The translations under genes were made by a program, and so were the position numbers. A stretch of DNA of 64,000 nucleotides from an uncultured Veillonellaceae bacterium (lineage in GTDB: Bacteria; Bacillota; Negativicutes; JARBTT01). The DNA lies in contig CAWDTA010000002.1 in assembly GCA_963805085.1 (NCBI GenBank), positions 64,001 through 128,000 of the forward strand. Reading direction: 5' to 3'. Below the pieces are notes generated by a model. That model saw only the letters and a program-made list of their open reading frames with translations. It had not been told where the DNA came from and made no database searches. This document shows, piece after piece, positions 40,825 through 51,206 of this stretch. The first letter of the stretch is position 1, and each line of letters begins with the position of its first letter.

Positions 40825-41910
40825 TTAAAAATTTGTTAAAAACCACCTTACTTTTTTTAACATTTCAATTGCTTTATTAGGCAAATTTCTTTTCATAAAA
40901 CGCTTAACTGAATATTTTAAATTAAGTTTTTTCCAATTTACGATTGTTTCAATTACTGTTTTTTCCCTAATGATTCTTATAATTATAGGTGCAGCAATAA
41001 AATTAAATATTTTTTCTTTATCCTCATGCCACTTTTCAATGCCATTTTGAATAGTCCTACGTGCATTATTTTGCACATTCATAACATCATTAAAATCAAT
41101 TTCAACAGGATCTTCTAATGAAAATAAATACCCATTTTCACCATGTTTGATATACTCATTCATTGTTGGTGCATCAATTGCTATTACAGCTTTCCCCATA
41201 GCCATAGCCTCTAAAAATGAAAAGCCAATTCCTTCTGTCAATCGAGGAGCGATATAAATATTATATTTATTCATTTCTGCAATATATTCATTTCTCGTTG
41301 TAAACCACGAACTATATGTTATATTAAATCGTTCCTCATCTACCTTACTTGGTACTAAAAATTTATGTTCCGGATCCATAGCTTTATGAATATGTACTTT
41401 ATTAATTTTTTGACTACCTATGAGATTTTTTATTATTTTCCAATTAAACTCCTCGCGCCGATTCCAAAAAAACAATGAATTTTCTTGTTTTATCACATCT
41501 TGTGGTTTTATATCAAATTTGTAATCCGGAAAATATTGAATATAAAAAGATTGAAATCCCATTTTGCATGTCTTCGCATGCAATGTTCTACTAAAATTAA
41601 CAATTTTAACATTTACGATATCTTGCCAAAATTGCAGTGGTGCTAATATACTTGCATCATACATAGGAATAAAAATAATATTTGTACATTTATCTCTGAT
41701 AGTATTTACTGCTTCCGGATAAATATTTTGCCAAAAAATCACTGCATAATAATTTTCATCAATCTGGCTTACATCTAATGTTTCTCCACTACACCAACTC
41801 ACATCCCATATAACTTCAACAATATATTTTTTCTTTAAAAAATTAATAAAAAACTCACTTGATTTTGTTTTTTGATGATAAGAATGATCTATAAACGCAA
41901 TTTTTTCCAT
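40825..41910 (-). CDS. GT4-like glycosyltransferase
   Basis: APRLTEGIGFSFLEAMAMGKAVI, PTMNEYIKHGENGYL. Confidence 0.85.
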   Translation of the reverse strand: MEKIAFIDHSYHQKTKSSEFFINFLKKKYIVEVIWDVSWCSGETLDVSQIDENYYAVIFWQNIYPEAVNTIRDKCTNIIFIPMYDASILAPLQFWQDIVNVKIVNFSRTLHAKTCKMGFQSFYIQYFPDYKFDIKPQDVIKQENSLFFWNRREEFNWKIIKNLIGSQKINKVHIHKAMDPEHKFLVPSKVDEERFNITYSSWFTTRNEYIAEMNKYNIYIAPRLTEGIGFSFLEAMAMGKAVIAIDAPTMNEYIKHGENGYLFSLEDPVEIDFNDVMNVQNNARRTIQNGIEKWHEDKEKIFNFIAAPIIIRIIREKTVIETIVNWKKLNLKYSVKRFMKRNLPNKAIEMLKKVRWFLTNF

Positions 41911-41933
41911 AAACTTCAACCTTTTTATTTATA

Positions 41934-43046
41934 TTATAATCCAAGACGTTTTCTTTGATAATATTCTACAACACCATATGGCAGAATCATTTTTATCATT
42001 CTACGCCATGACATTCTTTTCTTAACCTCATTCGAAGATACAAAAACATCACGCTTATCAATAAAATTTTTTAATAACCATTGAATTAGATATTGTTTTT
42101 CTATTTTTGTATTCTGCAAATCAGGTATTAATTTACTAAGTATTTCACAAAACTGTTCCCGATTAAACTTATTTTTCCATCTTAATTCTACAAACGCTAA
42201 AGCGTCCTCCTTAGACAAGCCATAGTGATACTCTACTAGAATATTACACATATTGTCAATAGAAACAGCTTGTTGTATTGCTGAAGCTCCAACAATTTCA
42301 TAATAGTAAACAGGATTTTTCACTTCACATCCTATAAAATTATTATCAATTAATTTCAACTGCATTTTAAAATCAGCAGCAATTGTATATTTCTCATCAT
42401 AATAGCCAATTTTTTCATACGCTTCATGAGAAATAAACATCGTTCCATGGTTACATGGACTTAATTCAAAAAATGCCGATCCATCTATAAACTTAGAAAC
42501 ATGTGATCCAATAGGAGTACCATCCTCTTTAACTACTATAGCTTCTCCATAAGAAAAATCAGCTTTATATTCCAACAATGATTGAACAGATTCTTCAATC
42601 GTATTCTTGGAATACCAATCATCAGAATTTAAAATTGCTATAAAATCTCCAGTTGCTAAAGACAGTCCCTTATTCATTGCATTATAAATTCCAGTATCTT
42701 TTTCCGATACATAGTAGTCAATAGCATTTTCATATTTTTTTATAATATCAAGCGTGCCGTCGGTACTACCACCATCAACTACAATATATTCGACATTATT
42801 ATACTTTTGATTGAGGACTGACTGAATCGCTCTTTCAAGTTTAGACGCCCTATTAAAAACTACAGTAATCACACTCACTAACGGTTTTTCTTTGTTTCTT
42901 TCTTTAAATTTTCCTACTAGTCGTAATCCACCTTCTGCCTTTCGTAAATAGTCAGTAAGTGGATATCTTAAATATTTACCACAAACATGATTAACCGCAA
43001 CATTAGATTCATATAATACAATAGATTTCTGCGTGGAATACCCCAT
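41934..43046 (-). CDS. GT2 glycosyltransferase
   Basis: EGGLR, PLVSVITVVFN, VDGGSTDGT, GIYNAMNKG, LNSDD. Confidence 0.88.
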   Translation of the reverse strand: MGYSTQKSIVLYESNVAVNHVCGKYLRYPLTDYLRKAEGGLRLVGKFKERNKEKPLVSVITVVFNRASKLERAIQSVLNQKYNNVEYIVVDGGSTDGTLDIIKKYENAIDYYVSEKDTGIYNAMNKGLSLATGDFIAILNSDDWYSKNTIEESVQSLLEYKADFSYGEAIVVKEDGTPIGSHVSKFIDGSAFFELSPCNHGTMFISHEAYEKIGYYDEKYTIAADFKMQLKLIDNNFIGCEVKNPVYYYEIVGASAIQQAVSIDNMCNILVEYHYGLSKEDALAFVELRWKNKFNREQFCEILSKLIPDLQNTKIEKQYLIQWLLKNFIDKRDVFVSSNEVKKRMSWRRMIKMILPYGVVEYYQRKRLGL

Positions 43047-43085
43047 ACAACAAACAATCCTTTCTTAATTTAGCTCAATATTCCA

Positions 43086-44756
43086 TTATCTTTTTCGCAC
43101 GCTTTCTATTTTACGCTTTAGTGCTTTAATCCACCAAGATATAGTAAACATTTTTTTGCGTTCATTTTTTAACCATTCATGCATTCTAGCCTTCTTTATA
43201 GTGATTCTATTTAGAGTTTTTTGCAACAAATTTTTTTCTTCTTCAATCTTATTTATTCTTTCTTGCAAAGCAATACTTGATTTACGTTCATTTATTAACA
43301 AATCTCGCTCTGATACAAGTTTATCTAACCACTCTTGCATTCCAGCCTTCTCTATGGTGATTCTATTTAAAGTTTCTTGCAACAAATTTTTTTCTTTTTC
43401 AAGTTCATTCATTCTTTGCTGAGAAATAATACTCGATTTGCATAACAACTCCGCTAAAGCACTCCCCACTTCGGGGAATATAGTTGTTACTGGAGGTATA
43501 TCCTTCTGAGTAAATTTAGTTTGTTTTATTAAATCAAAAAACAACTCACCATAACTTGCAGCTTGCCTAGATTGAGCAAAGAACTCCTCGGCACATCTGC
43601 GGCAATTATCTCCTAAAGACCTCACAAATAAAACTTCTGCTAACTTTTCTGCGAATAAACCTGTATCTTTTAAAGGAACTATATATCCAGTTTCACCATT
43701 TAAAATGAAGTCAGGCATCCCTCCAAAATCAAATGCCACCACTGGAGTGCCACAAGCAAAAGACTCTAAAATAATATTTGGTAAGTTATCTTCTAAGGAT
43801 GGTAAAGCAACTACATCCGCAGCTGAATATGCTAAGGCCAATCTTTCATCATTATCAATAAATCCCATGGCGACATAAGGAATATCCAGTTTTCTTAAAT
43901 CTTCTGACTCCTGGCCAAAAGTCAGTATCGCAATTTTTTGTTTTCCAATTGATTCCTTAAGTTCACTTCTTTCTTTTAAATCGTTCATTGCTGCTAACAG
44001 CTCCAAAAATCCTTTTCTACGTTCACCATGATTTTCGGCACCAAATAAAATAACTTTAGTATCTTCTGAAAAGTTAAACGTCTGTTTAGCTTGCTTTTTA
44101 CCATATGGTCTAAAAACATCTAATTCAACAGAATTAGGAATAACTTCAACACGGTTATTTTTAAAAACTGCACTTTTAGTTGCACATTCCGCCAACCACT
44201 TACTCGGTGTAACAACAACTAAATCTTTAGGCATATACTTAACTTTTGCCTCTAAAAGAACTCTTGGAAGATTTAATGTATTTGATTTCATCTGAGGGCA
44301 TTTATTACAATCAACTAAATAACGATCACATCCATGCACATAATGACATGCCCCTGTCATTGGATTTTGATCATGCAATGTCCAAACCAATGGTTTTTTA
44401 ACGTAGTCTAAATCTGCTATTGCCTCTAAAGAAACAAAGCTAGCAATCCAATGTAAATTCACTAAATCATAATCATAAAGTAATTCTCTAAAATCAAAAT
44501 TTAAACTTGGATACATAAAAGAAAGCATTGTACTTCCTTGAAATATATTAGAATAAAAATTTTCTTGAGCAATATTTTCAATTAACAAATTATTAATTTC
44601 AGGCGCATTTATTTGTTTAACATACTCTAAATTTGTTTTTTTATATTTTACAAATAAATCTGCAGCTATGTCCCTTTGCCTTAATGCTTGTCCTAACCGC
44701 AATGCAGCCCGTGCTGCTCCACCATAATCATTAGTACTAAGTAAAGCAACCTTCAC
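43086..44756 (-). CDS. GT4 (WcaC-like) glycosyltransferase with C-terminal duplicated coiled coil and amphipathic tail
   Basis: GGAARAA, NLHW, WTLHD..TGACHY...C..C..CP, DNLPNIILESFACGTPVV; 52-aa-period repeat; TISWWIKALKRK tail. Confidence 0.88.
   Translation of the reverse strand: MKVALLSTNDYGGAARAALRLGQALRQRDIAADLFVKYKKTNLEYVKQINAPEINNLLIENIAQENFYSNIFQGSTMLSFMYPSLNFDFRELLYDYDLVNLHWIASFVSLEAIADLDYVKKPLVWTLHDQNPMTGACHYVHGCDRYLVDCNKCPQMKSNTLNLPRVLLEAKVKYMPKDLVVVTPSKWLAECATKSAVFKNNRVEVIPNSVELDVFRPYGKKQAKQTFNFSEDTKVILFGAENHGERRKGFLELLAAMNDLKERSELKESIGKQKIAILTFGQESEDLRKLDIPYVAMGFIDNDERLALAYSAADVVALPSLEDNLPNIILESFACGTPVVAFDFGGMPDFILNGETGYIVPLKDTGLFAEKLAEVLFVRSLGDNCRRCAEEFFAQSRQAASYGELFFDLIKQTKFTQKDIPPVTTIFPEVGSALAELLCKSSIISQQRMNELEKEKNLLQETLNRITIEKAGMQEWLDKLVSERDLLINERKSSIALQERINKIEEEKNLLQKTLNRITIKKARMHEWLKNERKKMFTISWWIKALKRKIESVRKR
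43171..43439. repeat. Internal direct repeat (about 113 bp, 156-bp period) in coiled-coil coding region
   Basis: 43171-43283 is similar to 43327-43439; both encode KSSI..(Q/E)R.N..E.EKNLLQ.TLNRITI.KA.M.EWL. Confidence 0.85.
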
Positions 44757-44876
44757 TTTATCACCACATCTCCAATTTTATAAAACGCTTATATTTTAAA
44801 TTTTAGTAATTCTTAATTTAATAATCAATCTGCATATTATTTTTTGATTTTTCCATAACTGTAGAATTTAATCTCT

Positions 44877-47069
44877 TTATTCTACGCACCACTTACCTTT
44901 AATTTTATCATTGAGTACCCTTTCCCCATTACTCTCTATTTCCTGCAACGATACTATTTTTTCCATTTCATTTTTTTCTTTTAAAAGCTGAAAAATTTTT
45001 CCTCCACCTGTATAATCAATAGCAATATATGGTACTTGCAATATATTAGCAAACAATACCGAATGAAATCTCATACAAAGATTATATTCTGCTGATTGCA
45101 TATTTTGACTTATACTTTCAATCGTCGATAATTTTCTTTCTATATAATACTCATATCCTTGTAAATATCTTTCGGCGAAAGATAAATTAAAATCTCTATC
45201 GTCATTTCCAATAACAAAATTATGCATAGCATAAAAATGAGGAATTAAATTTTCTTTTTTAATTAAATATATAATATTTTGTGCAAGTCTTTCCTCAAAA
45301 TTTCTTTTAAAAACATCAAATTCTTCTGGACTTTTATTGCCTCTATATTCATATGTTATTTCCCTTAAAAAGCAAGCTAGCTTTCCCTTTTTGGGCTTTA
45401 TATCATTCAATTTATACTTTTTTATAAACTGAACTGCTGGATCGCCAATATTATGCAAATTAAGCTCTGAAATCCCAATTTTTTTAGCATAAATTACAGA
45501 AGCCTCATCTCTCAAATTCACCTCGTTGGCAAATTCTAATATTTCTTTAACAGCTTGTTTTTTATCTTCCGTATACAATGGACCTATACCGCATCCATAA
45601 ACAGTTCTTTTTCTGCTATACTCTTTTGCAATAAAAAATGCCCACTGAATTAAACTCAGTTCTTCTAATTCCATAAGTGGGCCGCCGCCAACAACAACTT
45701 CATCTACTGAAGCACACCATTCAAAATATAGCTGACTATATACAGGAACAACTTTAACATTCCCATCAACATTCAATTCTCTCAAAGTTCGTTCAGTAAT
45801 GAATGGATATAATGAACTTACCCCTATACACAAATCTTTCCCATATTTTCTTTTATAGTCATCAATAACCTGCCCTAATATAGCTTTATCGCCAACAGTT
45901 TCTGTTCCATACCAACCAACAATCAAAATAGTAGGCGCACCAAACTCTTTCATATTTATTACAACATCATTTTTTTTACTTTTGTATGCTTGTATTGAAA
46001 AAAAGTTTTTATATTTATTTTGCTTTTCCAACACTTCTACTAATTGTTGCTTTGGGGCATCATGATAGTCATGAATACATTTTAAACAATATTTTTGTTT
46101 TATTGTTTCAAGTTCAATCAAATTTTTAGAATAAATATTTACGCCTCTATCTTGCAATAAATTTCCTATAACTGGTGATTTAGGTGCACAGTACGCCATA
46201 CCACCATGACAATCTAAATTTATTGCAACCCCATTTTTATATGGACATTCTATAGCTCGCTCTTCCCCCCTCAACATTCTCTTGATATTTCTATATGTAT
46301 TTAAAATCCCCTCATTTTTTTCATAACTATATTCCAATTTACTAAAAAACAGTTCTAGCTGATAAATTTCATCATCAGAAAAATTTCTAATGTACTGTTT
46401 ATTTTCTTCACAATCATTATCTAACCGATTAATGAATTCGCCTATTCTAAATCTACCTTCAATATTTTTTTCTTTCAAAAATAGTAATAATTCATCTAAT
46501 CCCCATACATTTTTTTTGGTCGCCGTGGCTCCAATTGTAAATTGAATTTTATTCTCTTGCAAATAAGAAATCACTTTCATTACTTGCTCAAAATTTCCTT
46601 TACGACCTCTATTTAAATCATGAAAAGTCCTAACACCATCTAATGAAAGCATAATAACAAAAGATTTTTCCTTTTGAAGCGATATACTACGAATTTTATC
46701 AATACTTGCTATAACTTTTTCAGGCGCTAGACAATTTGTAATTAAACTAGTTCCTTTCAAATTAGGCAAAGTCTCCATCGCACATAGAAAATACTCTGAT
46801 AAATCTTCAACTAAAGTAGGCTCGCCACCTGTAATTCCTATATGTTCTATATTTTCAAACAAAGAATCATCTAAAATTTTTTCAAATTCTTTCAGCGACA
46901 AATAAGAGTAATCCTTTTTCTTCCACACATTACACATCACACAAGCTGAATTACAAAAATTATTTACCTGATAATTAATTACTTTTAAATTATTAACTAT
47001 CTGTTTTTCTTGAGGTGTGGCTTTATGAAAATATTTATTACACAAATTTGAAAAAGCTTTTTTTATCAT
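44877..47069 (-). CDS. Radical SAM (with SPASM/twitch-like Cys cluster) fused to polysaccharide pyruvyltransferase (CsaB/WcaK-like)
   Basis: CNSACVMC, ITGGEPTL, SLDG..H..NRG; C..C..C..CLKC; then VGWYGTETVGDKAIL, VGGGPL, GCGIGPL, LRDEAS, GDPA, MRFHSVLFA. Confidence 0.88.
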   Translation of the reverse strand: MIKKAFSNLCNKYFHKATPQEKQIVNNLKVINYQVNNFCNSACVMCNVWKKKDYSYLSLKEFEKILDDSLFENIEHIGITGGEPTLVEDLSEYFLCAMETLPNLKGTSLITNCLAPEKVIASIDKIRSISLQKEKSFVIMLSLDGVRTFHDLNRGRKGNFEQVMKVISYLQENKIQFTIGATATKKNVWGLDELLLFLKEKNIEGRFRIGEFINRLDNDCEENKQYIRNFSDDEIYQLELFFSKLEYSYEKNEGILNTYRNIKRMLRGEERAIECPYKNGVAINLDCHGGMAYCAPKSPVIGNLLQDRGVNIYSKNLIELETIKQKYCLKCIHDYHDAPKQQLVEVLEKQNKYKNFFSIQAYKSKKNDVVINMKEFGAPTILIVGWYGTETVGDKAILGQVIDDYKRKYGKDLCIGVSSLYPFITERTLRELNVDGNVKVVPVYSQLYFEWCASVDEVVVGGGPLMELEELSLIQWAFFIAKEYSRKRTVYGCGIGPLYTEDKKQAVKEILEFANEVNLRDEASVIYAKKIGISELNLHNIGDPAVQFIKKYKLNDIKPKKGKLACFLREITYEYRGNKSPEEFDVFKRNFEERLAQNIIYLIKKENLIPHFYAMHNFVIGNDDRDFNLSFAERYLQGYEYYIERKLSTIESISQNMQSAEYNLCMRFHSVLFANILQVPYIAIDYTGGGKIFQLLKEKNEMEKIVSLQEIESNGERVLNDKIKGKWCVE

Positions 47070-48452
47070 TTATTTAACATCCTTATCTAAAACATCAAAA
47101 TTAGCACTAATATCCATATCAACTAATGCATTTAACTCCACACCATCTTTTCTTTCTAACACCCGAAAAGCAAAACCATTTAACTCTCTTGCATAAAAAA
47201 CTTCTTGATAATCTTCAATACCCACCACACCGCATTTCAAAAAATATACATCTTGTATAAATTTACACACAAAACTAAATTGAACTTTTATTATAGTTCC
47301 AGCCTTTACAAAAGGAATTCCATTTCCAGCTTTTGCAGTTCCACACCCCGTAACTTCTATTCCTGTTTTTGTTTTGATCAACATTCCAAAACGTACATTA
47401 GTGCAATTCTCAAGGAACTTTACTTTATAACTAAAAGTATATCTACGCCCAAAATTCAGTATATTTATAGGAACACCTTTTACCCCTACCATTTTATAAT
47501 CATAGATTTTTGCCTTTTGGTTTTCATATGAAACGACTTCATTTTTAATCAACAATGAATCATCGAAATATTCTTGATCAAAAACCACTTCCTCTTGCGT
47601 TTCCAAATTGAATTCATTAGTTTGTATAACATTTGATTGTTTTTCTTTTGGATTTTCAAAGACAATGTCTTTTTTTTCTTTCAGTTGTTGACGTATTTCC
47701 TTCACTTTTTCTTCGGGAGCAAACAACATTTTCTGATATAAATTAACTACTTTTTCACTTTTTCCTTCTAATAATTTTTCTCCTTGATCAATCCATATTG
47801 CCCTATCGCATAATTCTATAATACTGCTTCCTGAATGAGATACAAATAAAATCGTTTTTCCTTCATTTCTAAATTTATTTATCTTACCAAAACATTTATT
47901 CTGAAATAAATCATCACCAACAGATAATGCCTCATCTATGATAAGAATCTCTGGATCTACGTTAATTGCAACCGAGAATGCTAATCGTACAAACATTCCA
48001 CTCGAATACATTCTTACTGGCTGATAAATAAAATCTCCAATATCCGCAAACTTTACAATTGCATCAACTTTGTTCTTCATTTCTTCATGAGTATATCCCA
48101 TAATTGTTCCGTTTAGATATATATTTTCCATACCAGTCATCTCTGGATTGAAGCCCGCACCCAATTCTAATAACGCAGATATCTTACCACTCGTCTCAAC
48201 AATTCCAGATGTCGGTGTTAGTACATTTGTCAATATTTTTAATAACGTAGATTTTCCTGCTCCATTTTTTCCAATAATACCAATAATTTCACCTTTTTTT
48301 ATTTCAAATGAGATATTGTTTAGCGCATAAAAATTCTTACTATATTTTTTCCAAAACGGATTTAATGATTCTTTTAACCTATCAATTGGTTTATCATATA
48401 ATTTATAAATTTTTGATAAATTATCAACTTTTATTGCAATTTCATTATCCAT
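47070..48452 (-). CDS. wzt: ABC transporter ATPase with C-terminal Wzt_C carbohydrate-binding domain
   Basis: GKNGAGKSTL, LLELGAGF, YSSGMFVRLAF, DEALSVGD, VSHS; about 160-aa beta-rich C-terminal extension. Confidence 0.93.
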   Translation of the reverse strand: MDNEIAIKVDNLSKIYKLYDKPIDRLKESLNPFWKKYSKNFYALNNISFEIKKGEIIGIIGKNGAGKSTLLKILTNVLTPTSGIVETSGKISALLELGAGFNPEMTGMENIYLNGTIMGYTHEEMKNKVDAIVKFADIGDFIYQPVRMYSSGMFVRLAFSVAINVDPEILIIDEALSVGDDLFQNKCFGKINKFRNEGKTILFVSHSGSSIIELCDRAIWIDQGEKLLEGKSEKVVNLYQKMLFAPEEKVKEIRQQLKEKKDIVFENPKEKQSNVIQTNEFNLETQEEVVFDQEYFDDSLLIKNEVVSYENQKAKIYDYKMVGVKGVPINILNFGRRYTFSYKVKFLENCTNVRFGMLIKTKTGIEVTGCGTAKAGNGIPFVKAGTIIKVQFSFVCKFIQDVYFLKCGVVGIEDYQEVFYARELNGFAFRVLERKDGVELNALVDMDISANFDVLDKDVK

Positions 48453-48461
48453 AGTTTCCCC

Positions 48462-49271
48462 CTATAATACATCGGCAAAATGTGGACGTAATTTTTTAAA
48501 TGCAATTCCACCTATGAGCATTATTAATATAGTCACTACCCAATAATATAAAGAAAGCTCTCCATCTTGCCAAAACCATTTTTCATAAATAAACGAATTT
48601 CTATACCCTTCAATAATATAATAGCCTGGATTTAAATACAAAAAAGCAATATATTTTTCTGGTATCGTTTTTAAGCTCCAAAAAATAGGAGTTCCCCAAA
48701 ATCCAAATTGCAATATCATAGCAACAACTTGTCCTATATCTCTTAAGAATACAACTAATGCGGATGTCAACCAAGACAATCCTAAAAGCATACATATCAT
48801 TGCAAAAACATAATACACTACCTGCAAATTATATATTGTTGGCATATACCCATACAAAGCAAACATAAACAGCAAAATCAAAACAAAAAATATATGTACA
48901 ATAAATGCTGAAATAATCTTCACTATAGGTAACAAGCTAACTCTAAATACAACTTTTTTTACAAGATAACTATTTTCCACTATTGAATTTGTCGCCGAAC
49001 TTAAACTATCTGAGATAAAAAACCACGGAAACATTCCACAGACCAGCCATAAAATAAACGGAAAATTATCAACAGGTATAGATTTAAAACCTACTTGGAA
49101 AACAAACCAAAAAATCAGTATAGTAATTGTTGGTTGAATAAATGCCCACATAATGCCTAAATAGGATCCCAAATATCTTTGCTGAAAATCTTTTTTTGTC
49201 AATTCCCATAATAGTCTACGACTTCTTATTATATCAATTACAAATGATAAAAATAACTTTATATATCTCAT
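48462..49271 (-). CDS. wzm: ABC transporter permease
   Basis: KDFQQRYLGSYLGIMWAFIQP, LVKKVVFR, TPIFW, LNP, RPHFADVL. Confidence 0.93.
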   Translation of the reverse strand: MRYIKLFLSFVIDIIRSRRLLWELTKKDFQQRYLGSYLGIMWAFIQPTITILIFWFVFQVGFKSIPVDNFPFILWLVCGMFPWFFISDSLSSATNSIVENSYLVKKVVFRVSLLPIVKIISAFIVHIFFVLILLFMFALYGYMPTIYNLQVVYYVFAMICMLLGLSWLTSALVVFLRDIGQVVAMILQFGFWGTPIFWSLKTIPEKYIAFLYLNPGYYIIEGYRNSFIYEKWFWQDGELSLYYWVVTILIMLIGGIAFKKLRPHFADVL

Positions 49272-49276
49272 TTAAC

Positions 49277-50122
49277 CTATCCTTTTATTTCTTTTAAATA
49301 TCTGACAACCGCATTCTGCCAACTAGGTAATCTATTAAATTCCTTATTATCTAAGCACTCCTTACTCAACCTAGAATTCAATGGTCTCTTTGCTTTCGTT
49401 GGATATGCAGAGCTTGGAATATGATTTACTTTTGTATTATAACCGGCTTGTCTGAATATTTCTTCTGTAAACTTCGCCCAAGAACAAATTCCTTCATTCG
49501 TTGCGTGATAAGTACCATATTTATCGCTAACTGCCATTTCGCATAAAAGCTTAGCTACATCAGCAGTATAGGTAGGGGAACCAATTTGGTCGGCAACGAC
49601 GTTGAGTTCTTGACGCTCTTTTCCTAGTCTAAGCATAGTTTTTACAAAGTTGTTACCATTGATACCAAATACCCAAGAAATTCGCATAATGAAGTGTTTT
49701 TCTAAGATAGCTTTGACTGCATTTTCGCCTTCAAGTTTCGTTTGTCCATAAACGCCAAGCGGGCCTGTTTTGTCATCGACTTCATAGAAATTTTCTCCTG
49801 TACCAGGGAAAACATAATCCGTACTGATATAAATCATTTTCGCATCAATAGCTTTACATACTTTTGCGATATTTTCAGTGCCATTTACATTAACCTTACG
49901 ACACTGTTCCGGTTCATCCTCCGCTTTGTCGACCGCTGTGTAAGCAGAGCAATGAATAACTACATCTGGCTCATAGTTTGTAATAAATTTATTTGTTGCT
50001 TCAAAGTCTGTAATATCAAACTCGGCACGCCCTGCACCTACACAATCAAGATTGCGTACGTTAAGTGCTTTTATCACATCATATCCTAGTTGTCCGTTTA
50101 CGCCAGTTACTAATACTTTCAT
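49277..50122 (-). CDS. rmlD: dTDP-4-dehydrorhamnose reductase
   Basis: VTGVNGQLG, AYTAVDKAE, ISTDYVF, YGQTK, DQIGSPT; probable start ATG 50122. Confidence 0.95.
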   Translation of the reverse strand: MKVLVTGVNGQLGYDVIKALNVRNLDCVGAGRAEFDITDFEATNKFITNYEPDVVIHCSAYTAVDKAEDEPEQCRKVNVNGTENIAKVCKAIDAKMIYISTDYVFPGTGENFYEVDDKTGPLGVYGQTKLEGENAVKAILEKHFIMRISWVFGINGNNFVKTMLRLGKERQELNVVADQIGSPTYTADVAKLLCEMAVSDKYGTYHATNEGICSWAKFTEEIFRQAGYNTKVNHIPSSAYPTKAKRPLNSRLSKECLDNKEFNRLPSWQNAVVRYLKEIKG

Positions 50123-50183
50123 ATAGACACTCCCTGAAAAATAAAATATACGACAAATGGGCGTATATGATACGCCCTTAATT

Positions 50184-51203
50184 TTATCTATTACTATACA
50201 TTTTTTCGTAGTAATCTTGGTATTCACCACTGATGATACGTTCCCACCAGTCTTTATTATCTAAATACCAGCGGATCGTTTTCTTGATGCCTTCATCAAA
50301 TAACGTTGTTGGTGCCCAGCCTAATTCTTTTTGCATTTTTGTTGGATCGATGGCATAACGCCGATCATGCCCTAAACGGTCAGAAACATATTCGATGAGG
50401 CTTTCATCTTTGCCTAATTCACGAAGGATCGTTTTTACTACTTCTAAATTCGTACGTTCGTTATGTCCACCGATATTATATACCTCACCAACTTTACCAT
50501 TATGGATGATCAGGTCAATTGCTGAACAATGATCTTCGACATATAACCAATCACGTACGTTTTTACCAGTGCCATATACAGGCAGCTTTTTATTATTTAA
50601 TGCATTCGCAATCATTAGCGGAATTAACTTTTCGGGAAAATGATATGGTCCATAATTATTAGAACAACGAGAAATCGTCGTTGGCAGTTTATAAGTACGA
50701 TTATAAGCTTGTACCACCAAATCAGCCGATGCCTTGGAAGCTGAATATGGACTAGAAGTATGTAGTGGTGTTTTTTCCGTGAAGAATAACTCTGGTTGAT
50801 CTAATGGAAGATCACCGTAAACTTCATCTGTCGATACTTGATGGTAGCGTTTAATACCGTATTTTTTACAAGCATCAAGTAATACACTCGTACCGATAAC
50901 ATTGGTTTGTAGGAAAATTTCTGGATTTTCAATAGAACGATCCACATGACTTTCTGCCGCAAAGTTAACGATGATATCTGGTTTTTGGGTTTCAAAAAGG
51001 TTATACACAAAAGCTCTATCCGCAATATCACCTTTGACAAAAGTAAAGTTTTGATTATCCATGACTGGTGTTAAAGTTTCCATATTACCAGCATAAGTTA
51101 ATAAATCTAAGCAGATTATTTTATATGTAGGATGTTGTTTGAGCATATAGTGAACAAAGTTACCACCAATAAAACCTGCTCCACCAGTTACAATTATTTT
51201 CAT
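50184..51203 (-). CDS. rmlB: dTDP-glucose 4,6-dehydratase
   Basis: TGGAGFIG, FAAESHVDRS, VSTDEVYG, YSASK, CSNNYGPYHFPEK. Confidence 0.97.
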   Translation of the reverse strand: MKIIVTGGAGFIGGNFVHYMLKQHPTYKIICLDLLTYAGNMETLTPVMDNQNFTFVKGDIADRAFVYNLFETQKPDIIVNFAAESHVDRSIENPEIFLQTNVIGTSVLLDACKKYGIKRYHQVSTDEVYGDLPLDQPELFFTEKTPLHTSSPYSASKASADLVVQAYNRTYKLPTTISRCSNNYGPYHFPEKLIPLMIANALNNKKLPVYGTGKNVRDWLYVEDHCSAIDLIIHNGKVGEVYNIGGHNERTNLEVVKTILRELGKDESLIEYVSDRLGHDRRYAIDPTKMQKELGWAPTTLFDEGIKKTIRWYLDNKDWWERIISGEYQDYYEKMYSNR

Positions 51204-51206
51204 AAT

